Source: Bacteroidota bacterium (GTDB taxonomy: Bacteria > Bacteroidota > Bacteroidia > UKL13-3). From it: 64,000 bases of DNA. A program made the position numbers and the translations under genes. The notes under the pieces were generated by a model, which saw nothing but the letters and a program-made list of their open reading frames with translations, was not told where the DNA came from and did not search any database. Positions 58,191-64,000 of this stretch are shown here, piece by piece (the stretch's first letter is position 1; the number at the start of each line of letters is the position of its first letter). The DNA lies in contig JANYDU010000029.1 of NCBI GenBank assembly GCA_025359805.1, positions 14,341 through 78,340 on the forward strand, in the 5' to 3' direction.

Positions 58191-59104
58191 GCAAGTGCAA
58201 TCTTTAAAACATCAACAGCCTCTATAAAATCATTCATGGGTTGTTGGTTATTTTTTATTTGATTGATAAAATAATTCATTTGATGGATATAGGTATCTTT
58301 TACATCATAAGGTTGTTCAAAAAGAATTTTATTTTCATTTAAATTACTCACTTTACAGTTCAATAAATTTGCTTGAATAGTTTCTTTTTCCGTAACAATT
58401 TCAATTTCTCTTTTAGCGTCTTTGCGAAAATAGTTTAATATGATGTTTGCACTAAATGTTTTATAAAGTAAATGGTAAGAAGCAAAATCAACAGCATCAA
58501 TATTTAAAGATGAAACATTTCTTTTTACTGATTTTGTTTCCATTGGATTTCCAAATAGCCAAGTGCAATAATCTAATTCATGAATTAAATCTAAATGCAC
58601 ACCACCACCCATATCTAAGTTTGCACTATATATTTTTCTGAAATCTTTTCCTGGTCTCCAATCTGGTAAATAAGAACCGCAATAAATATTCACTTCGTTG
58701 ATAATGTATGTATTTGATGATACATAATTTTTAAGAAATTGAATAGCTGGATGAAATCTCAAGTTACATGCTACGTATGTGATAGTTTTATTTTTTTGAA
58801 TCTCTTGAATTATTTTTTCACTATTTATCAATTCACTCAAAACTGGCTTTTCTATAAATAATGGGCAACCCATTTCAAGCGTTTTTAATATCGTATCTTC
58901 ATGTAATTGTGTTGGATTTGATATGATAACAAAATCGGGGTTTACATTTAATTCATTTAGATTAAAAATATTTTTTACACCGTGTTCACTTTCTACATTT
59001 TTGGATGATCGTAATGCGTAAATTTTGCTATCAGGAAGTATTTTGTGAATAGCAATAATATGCTTTCTGGCAATTGAACCTAAACCAACAATTAGAATAT
59101 TCAA
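58187..59104 (-). CDS. Gfo/Idh/MocA-family oxidoreductase (PtmF-like)
   Basis: MNILIVGLGSIARKHI and CPLFIEKPV. The position between the cytidylyltransferase and SDR genes resembles the C. jejuni ptm cluster. Confidence 0.7.
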   Translation of the reverse strand: MNILIVGLGSIARKHIIAIHKILPDSKIYALRSSKNVESEHGVKNIFNLNELNVNPDFVIISNPTQLHEDTILKTLEMGCPLFIEKPVLSELINSEKIIQEIQKNKTITYVACNLRFHPAIQFLKNYVSSNTYIINEVNIYCGSYLPDWRPGKDFRKIYSANLDMGGGVHLDLIHELDYCTWLFGNPMETKSVKRNVSSLNIDAVDFASYHLLYKTFSANIILNYFRKDAKREIEIVTEKETIQANLLNCKVSNLNENKILFEQPYDVKDTYIHQMNYFINQIKNNQQPMNDFIEAVDVLKIALA

Positions 59105-59817
59105 AGCTGAAAGTTTAATTTATTATTAGTCATTAAGTAATCCATAAACTCAAAATCGATAAGATGATCTAAATCAAAACAAAGATGAGGCATCACATAA
59201 ATTAAAGACCTTTCAGTAATCGTTTTTGCATTTCCACTTTCAAAAAAAACTCGTCTGTAGAAATAAAATGAAGCATTCAAATCATATACATTAGGCGCTG
59301 ATTGGCGTGTTACAAATTCTCCTTTTTTAATCAATCCAAAATACCCATTTGGTTGTTGTTCAACCATATTAAAATAAGGATTTCGGTTGGAAGGATTTAC
59401 AGAGAATAAATTCAATGCATTTGAATCATTCTTTATCAAATCAAATGCTGAATCTAAATCTTCAAATGTTCGAAGTGGAGAGGTAATATCAAGATCTAAA
59501 ATGTAATCATACTTCTTGTTTCTATTATTCTCTTCAAAAAAAAGCAGATCGGCAATGGTTTCAATTTTTCCTGCAACATCGGTGGCAAGCATTTCAGGTC
59601 GTGTATAATTTGTATTCAAACCAAACTGAACTGCAACATTTTTTATTTCTTCATCGTCTGTAGATAATGCAATATCTGCTTGGTATTTTTCAGCAAATCT
59701 TTTAGCTACGTCAATAGAAATAGAAATTAATGGACGACCATTTAATGGTCTTATATTTTTACCAGGAATACCTTTTGATCCACCACGACCGCATAAAGTA
59801 ATTAACAAAGAAGTCAA
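59101..59817 (-). CDS. Acylneuraminate cytidylyltransferase family (CMP-nonulosonic acid synthetase; LegF/PtmB/NeuA-like)
   Basis: ITLCGRGGSKGIPGKNIRPLNGRPLISISID and LDITSPLR. Confidence 0.8.
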   Translation of the reverse strand: MTSLLITLCGRGGSKGIPGKNIRPLNGRPLISISIDVAKRFAEKYQADIALSTDDEEIKNVAVQFGLNTNYTRPEMLATDVAGKIETIADLLFFEENNRNKKYDYILDLDITSPLRTFEDLDSAFDLIKNDSNALNLFSVNPSNRNPYFNMVEQQPNGYFGLIKKGEFVTRQSAPNVYDLNASFYFYRRVFFESGNAKTITERSLIYVMPHLCFDLDHLIDFEFMDYLMTNNKLNFQL

Positions 59818-60773
59818 TTTTTTAAAATTAATTTATTGATATCAGATTGAACAATTTTTGTAAATTTTTTAGCCCCTTCAATATTTAAATGACTTACGTC
59901 TTTAAAATCAGAAATAGAAAATCGAGAATCGTTTGAATAATTTAAAAAATAAATATTTTGATTATCTGTTGTACTCTTTATTAATAAATTATACCTTTCA
60001 ACCACATCTTTCGGATAAAAACTTAACGTATTAGCCAATCCAGGAGTCATTAGCCAAAAAAGCTTAATATTATTTTGTTTGCAGAACGTTGCACTCTTTT
60101 CAAAATAATCAACCAAAATAGGATTCGTTTTATAATCATATTTTATTGAATCTAATGGATTGGCAATACTGTTTGATATGTATTGACCATTTGCTTTAAT
60201 ATACATGTCATTTATTCCTTGTTCCTCTTTAATTGTTTTAACTGTTCCTTCATAAAAAGGCATCAAAGTATTTGTAAAATAAATACTCATATATCTATTG
60301 AAATAATCATTAAGATAATTCTTGAAGGCTATCGGATGCTTCAATGGTGATGGGAAATAATCTAAAAAATATTGTTTATCAAAATAAGGCAAATACAAAT
60401 TATTTCTTTCATCTAAAAACCAAGCAAAATGAAAATATTCTACCCCTATAATAGCATATTTAAATTCTTTGTTATTTGATTTTAAAAATTTCAATTTGTA
60501 ATAACATTGGTTGTAACTATCACCCGAAAAAGAGAAATTATATGAAGGTATTTTTAAATAATCAGGATCAATTGCTGCATGTGTTCGTGAGCTTCCTAAT
60601 ATAACAAGATCATACTTTCTATTTATTGCATTTGAGAAACTTTCTTTCATCATTTGATCTGAACTTTGTCCCATTATTTTACCAATCATGTATGGAGAAA
60701 GTTTTAGATACGTAAAACAGATACCAAAAATAATTAGGAATAGAATGATGATTTTAAAGTAGAACCTCAACAT
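59814..60773 (-). CDS. Membrane-anchored partner of the MBOAT acyltransferase (DltD/AlgJ/DUF1574-like role inferred)
   Basis: N-terminal TM helix, DLVILGSSRTHAAIDP and ...DVSHLNIEGAKKFT (SGNH-like end motifs). Sits immediately downstream of the MBOAT gene. Confidence 0.4.
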   Translation of the reverse strand: MLRFYFKIIILFLIIFGICFTYLKLSPYMIGKIMGQSSDQMMKESFSNAINRKYDLVILGSSRTHAAIDPDYLKIPSYNFSFSGDSYNQCYYKLKFLKSNNKEFKYAIIGVEYFHFAWFLDERNNLYLPYFDKQYFLDYFPSPLKHPIAFKNYLNDYFNRYMSIYFTNTLMPFYEGTVKTIKEEQGINDMYIKANGQYISNSIANPLDSIKYDYKTNPILVDYFEKSATFCKQNNIKLFWLMTPGLANTLSFYPKDVVERYNLLIKSTTDNQNIYFLNYSNDSRFSISDFKDVSHLNIEGAKKFTKIVQSDINKLILKN

Positions 60774-60779
60774 AAATTT

Positions 60780-62246
60780 TTAAAACTGAAAATAGATAAA
60801 ATCTTGAGAACCATATTTACCAAAGAAAATAATTAATAACAAACCAACTACATATCCCGACCATTTAATGAAAGTTGGCAAATCACTCACATAGGCTTGA
60901 AAATTTCCCGAGCGTTGTTTTAAATGAACCATTTCTAAAAGCAGAATAGCTATTACTGCAAGCGAAAATTCATAAATAGTATTATCTAAATATAAAATAT
61001 GTTTTCTTTCTTGTGTAAATACATTTAAAACATTTGTGATACCAGTAATTGAATTTTTAAGGATATAAAAAGCATCTGAAATATTTGTTGCTCTAAAAAA
61101 TACCCATCCAATACATACCAACGTAAATGTACAAATCACTCTAACAAATTTGCCTAAAAAAGACTCTTTGGGTAAGTGAAAATATATTAGAAGCGAGTTC
61201 CAATTATCTTTTGTTTGTGCGCCAATAATTAAAAATATTCCGTGCAATGCCCCCCAAGCCACAAATGTCCAATTAGCACCATGCCAAAAACCACTAATTA
61301 AAAACGTGATAAATAAATTATAAAAATTTCGCCATTTAGAAACTCTATTTCCACCCATTGAAATATAAACATAATCTTTAAACCATGTAGAAAGTGATAT
61401 ATGCCACCTACGCCAAAATTCAGAAATAGATTTTGAGTAGTATGGACGATTGAAATTAAGCATTAAATTAAATCCCATTACTCTTGCCGAGCCAATTGCT
61501 ATATCAGAATATCCAGAGAAGTCACAATAGATTTGATATGCAAAAAATATTGTTGCAATCATTAACGATATACCTTCAAATTGTGTTGGAGAATTATAAA
61601 CCTGATTAACAAATACTGATAACCTGTCTGCTATAACTACTTTTTTAAATAACCCCCAAGCCATTAATTTTAATCCACTAATAATTCGTGGTCCGTCTAA
61701 ATTATGCTTTTCATAAAACTGATGTAAAAGGTTTTGAGGTCGTTCAATTGGACCAGCAACAAGTTGAGGATAAAACATTACATAGAGAGAATAAATACCA
61801 AAATGTTTTTCTGCTTTTTGATTGCCTCTGTATACTTCAATAACATAGCTCAAACTTTGAAACGTATGAAAAGAAAGTCCAATTGGAAGAATAATTTTTA
61901 ATGTATTGATTGAATAATTCCAACCCAAAAATTTTGAAAGGTTTTCGAAATTGGTATTAAAAAAATTATAATATTTAAATACGAAGAGAATTAAACAAGT
62001 ACTAACGATACTTATAATTAAATATATTTTTCGCTTTTTTCCTGTAGAGTTTTCAATCCAAATTCCTGCAAAATAATCAACTACAATGGTAAGAATTAAA
62101 ATGAAAATGTATTTAGGAATAAACGCCATATAAAAGATACAACTTGCCGAAAGCAATAATTGCCATCTGTATTTATGTGGAAATACAAAATATAATATTG
62201 TAATTAAAGGAAAGAAAAGAAAAAACTCGAAAGAGTTAAATAGCAT
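60780..62246 (-). CDS. MBOAT-family membrane O-acyltransferase (AlgI/DltB-like)
   Basis: MLFNSFEFFLFFPL..., FWRRWHISLSTWFKDYVYI and GFWHGANW (catalytic His region). Confidence 0.85.
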   Translation of the reverse strand: MLFNSFEFFLFFPLITILYFVFPHKYRWQLLLSASCIFYMAFIPKYIFILILTIVVDYFAGIWIENSTGKKRKIYLIISIVSTCLILFVFKYYNFFNTNFENLSKFLGWNYSINTLKIILPIGLSFHTFQSLSYVIEVYRGNQKAEKHFGIYSLYVMFYPQLVAGPIERPQNLLHQFYEKHNLDGPRIISGLKLMAWGLFKKVVIADRLSVFVNQVYNSPTQFEGISLMIATIFFAYQIYCDFSGYSDIAIGSARVMGFNLMLNFNRPYYSKSISEFWRRWHISLSTWFKDYVYISMGGNRVSKWRNFYNLFITFLISGFWHGANWTFVAWGALHGIFLIIGAQTKDNWNSLLIYFHLPKESFLGKFVRVICTFTLVCIGWVFFRATNISDAFYILKNSITGITNVLNVFTQERKHILYLDNTIYEFSLAVIAILLLEMVHLKQRSGNFQAYVSDLPTFIKWSGYVVGLLLIIFFGKYGSQDFIYFQF

Positions 62247-62249
62247 TGG

Positions 62250-63302
62250 TTAAAATTTTATGTGTTTAATATCTTCTTGAGCCTTTTTAAAATCATCTGG
62301 TTTTCCAATATCCAACCAATATCCTAAAATTGGAAACGAGCTTACTTTTTTATCCATTTTTATAAGCATTTCAATTAAATCAGTAGCATTAAAAAAACTA
62401 TTTTTAGGGATTAAATTTACCACATCTCTTTTTATTAAATAAATGCCCGCATTCGAATAATAAGTATAGTTGGGTTTTTCTTTTAATGAAATTACTTTTT
62501 CATGATCTGTTTCCAAAACTGCATAAGGAATACTAACTGTATATGGAATTGTTGCGATACACATTTCTGCGTCATTACTTTCAAACTCTCGATAAAACTC
62601 TTCTAAATCAACATTAGTAAGTAGGTCTGAATTCATAACCAAAATAGTATCGTGATAAAATTGTTTGATTAGTGAAAGACTTCCAATTGTTCCAAGTGGT
62701 TCCTCTTCATGCACATAACTAATATGAATATTTTTATCGCTTCCATCATTAAAATGATTTTGAATATGATGAGCCATATGCCTAACTGAAATATGAATAT
62801 GATCAATACCATAGTCTATAAATCGATCCACATTATGCTCAATAATAGGCTTATCACCAACTTTAAGCATAGGCTTAGGAACATGGTCTGTGAGAGGTCT
62901 CAGTCTTTCACCTTTTCCTCCTGCCATCATCACTGCATCAATTGGAAGAATAGATCTCTTCTGAACAAAGTCAGCAATTCTGATTAACTTAAAATCATCA
63001 TCAACAACTGGTAATAACTTAACCGCTCTTTTTCTGAGTTCATCTAAATCGGCAACACTATATTGATTTCTTTTTAAATAAATGAAATCCTTGTTCATGA
63101 ATTTTGAAGTATTATCTTTTAAATTCAATCCTTTTAAAAAACCTCTTCTAATATCCCCATCTGTTAAAACACCTTTTACTATTTCATTTTCATTCAACAC
63201 AAATAACATCAAAATCCCATCTCCACTTAATGCATTTAGTTTTTCTAATGCTTCAGTTATTTGCTGACTTTCCAATATAATATGTTTTTCAAAATTCTTC
63301 AT
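62250..63302 (-). CDS. CBS-domain + sugar-phosphate nucleotidyltransferase (PtmE-like, GlcN-1-P guanylyltransferase-type)
   Basis: CBS region ...VKGVLTDGDIRRGF..., then MMAGGKGERLRPLTDHVPKPMLKVGDKPIIEH. Confidence 0.8.
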   Translation of the reverse strand: MKNFEKHIILESQQITEALEKLNALSGDGILMLFVLNENEIVKGVLTDGDIRRGFLKGLNLKDNTSKFMNKDFIYLKRNQYSVADLDELRKRAVKLLPVVDDDFKLIRIADFVQKRSILPIDAVMMAGGKGERLRPLTDHVPKPMLKVGDKPIIEHNVDRFIDYGIDHIHISVRHMAHHIQNHFNDGSDKNIHISYVHEEEPLGTIGSLSLIKQFYHDTILVMNSDLLTNVDLEEFYREFESNDAEMCIATIPYTVSIPYAVLETDHEKVISLKEKPNYTYYSNAGIYLIKRDVVNLIPKNSFFNATDLIEMLIKMDKKVSSFPILGYWLDIGKPDDFKKAQEDIKHIKF

Positions 63303-64000
63303 GCCGATAATTTGATGGTTTGAATTATTTTTTCAGAAGTAACCCCTTCTCCATAAATAGGAATAGACGAAGGTAATTTTATAGTTGAAAAATGTTGAAT
63401 TGCTTTTGCTATTTGATGATGTTCTATGCTACAATTTAAAATATTTTCTGTTACTATTCTTCCTGTTTGACGCTCTCCTAAATTAATCACATATTTTGGG
63501 AAATAACTAGCCTCCACAAACCCACTTGATGTGTTTCCTAACATAAAAGAACAATGTTTCATGCAACTCAAATAACCTATCGTACCAAATGATTCAACCC
63601 CAAAAGCATCTGTATGATTATCAATAAATGTATTTAATTTTTCTCTAATCATATTTCCCATGGTATCCATATTTGGCATGGTAATAATGAGTTGATAATT
63701 TTTTATTTCACTTAATGCAGCAATGATTTCAGTGATATATAGTTCGTTTTTATCATACGATACGGTTTCAGAATGAAAAGTAATGAGAATACTTGGTTTC
63801 GATAAGTCAATATGAAATTTATTGTTAAACTCTTCGATGGAAAGAAGAGGAAGAGTTTTCAAATTCTCAATACTTAATGCGCCAACATTGTACACATTTT
63901 TATCATTCCCCTTTAATTCAATTACTCTGTTTTTATATATTTCGGTGGTTGTGAAATGATACATTGACATGTGGGTAATGGCATGTCTAAAAGCATCATC
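63299..64000 (-). CDS. Hydrolysing UDP/GDP-N-acetyl-sugar 2-epimerase (NeuC/LegG-like), C-terminal part; the gene continues beyond the right edge
   Basis: The reading frame stays open upstream of the track's Met (DDAFRHAITHMSMYHF...). ...GNTSSGFVEASYF...INLGERQTGR... is typical of NeuC. Confidence 0.75.
   Translation of the reverse strand, partial: DDAFRHAITHMSMYHFTTTEIYKNRVIELKGNDKNVYNVGALSIENLKTLPLLSIEEFNNKFHIDLSKPSILITFHSETVSYDKNELYITEIIAALSEIKNYQLIITMPNMDTMGNMIREKLNTFIDNHTDAFGVESFGTIGYLSCMKHCSFMLGNTSSGFVEASYFPKYVINLGERQTGRIVTENILNCSIEHHQIAKAIQHFSTIKLPSSIPIYGEGVTSEKIIQTIKLSA

Overview
Low-GC chromosomal segment that looks like Bacteroidota. This is inferred from several TTTG/TAnnTTTG-type promoter boxes, a T9SS C-terminal sorting domain protein and an alternative complex III operon. 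All family calls come from reading the translations and from recall; no searches were run. The window has three parts. (1) 1-6550 is an accessory, defence-like islet next to the 3' end of tpiA. It holds a truncated ubiquitin-like conjugation operon (DUF2188, a tandem beta-grasp 'multiubiquitin' protein, a minimal E2-like protein and a JAB/MPN+ peptidase whose gene runs off the left edge). Divergent from it is an XRE-HTH plus ImmA/IrrE metallopeptidase pair with the CapH/CapP architecture. Next come an AbiEi/AbiEii module, a ~450-bp non-coding stretch with repeated GTGCTTCG motifs, and an MNT/HEPN (MntA/HepT-like) pair. The MNT/HEPN pair is bracketed by an exact 29-bp duplication of the tpiA 3' end. 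(2) 6519-24330 is housekeeping: tpiA, a GlmU-like protein, L31 type B, a PyrR-like PRTase, an M1 metallopeptidase fused to an Omp85-like barrel, a T9SS cargo protein, trhO, fcl and actABCDEF. (3) 24470-64000 is a surface-glycan locus of more than 35 genes, all on the minus strand. It includes a CapD/PglF-like dehydratase, an aminotransferase, a PglC-like initiating transferase, a Wzy-like protein and many GT4/GT2 enzymes. It also has two AsnB-like amidotransferases, two complete acetamidino triads (PP-loop amidotransferase + HisH + HisF), a CDP-hexose module and a Campylobacter-type legionaminic-acid module interrupted by an MBOAT pair. The strongest candidate for a poorly characterised system is the Ubl-E2-JAB operon with its CapH/CapP-like regulator. 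No rRNA, tRNA, CRISPR array, transposase or integrase was seen.
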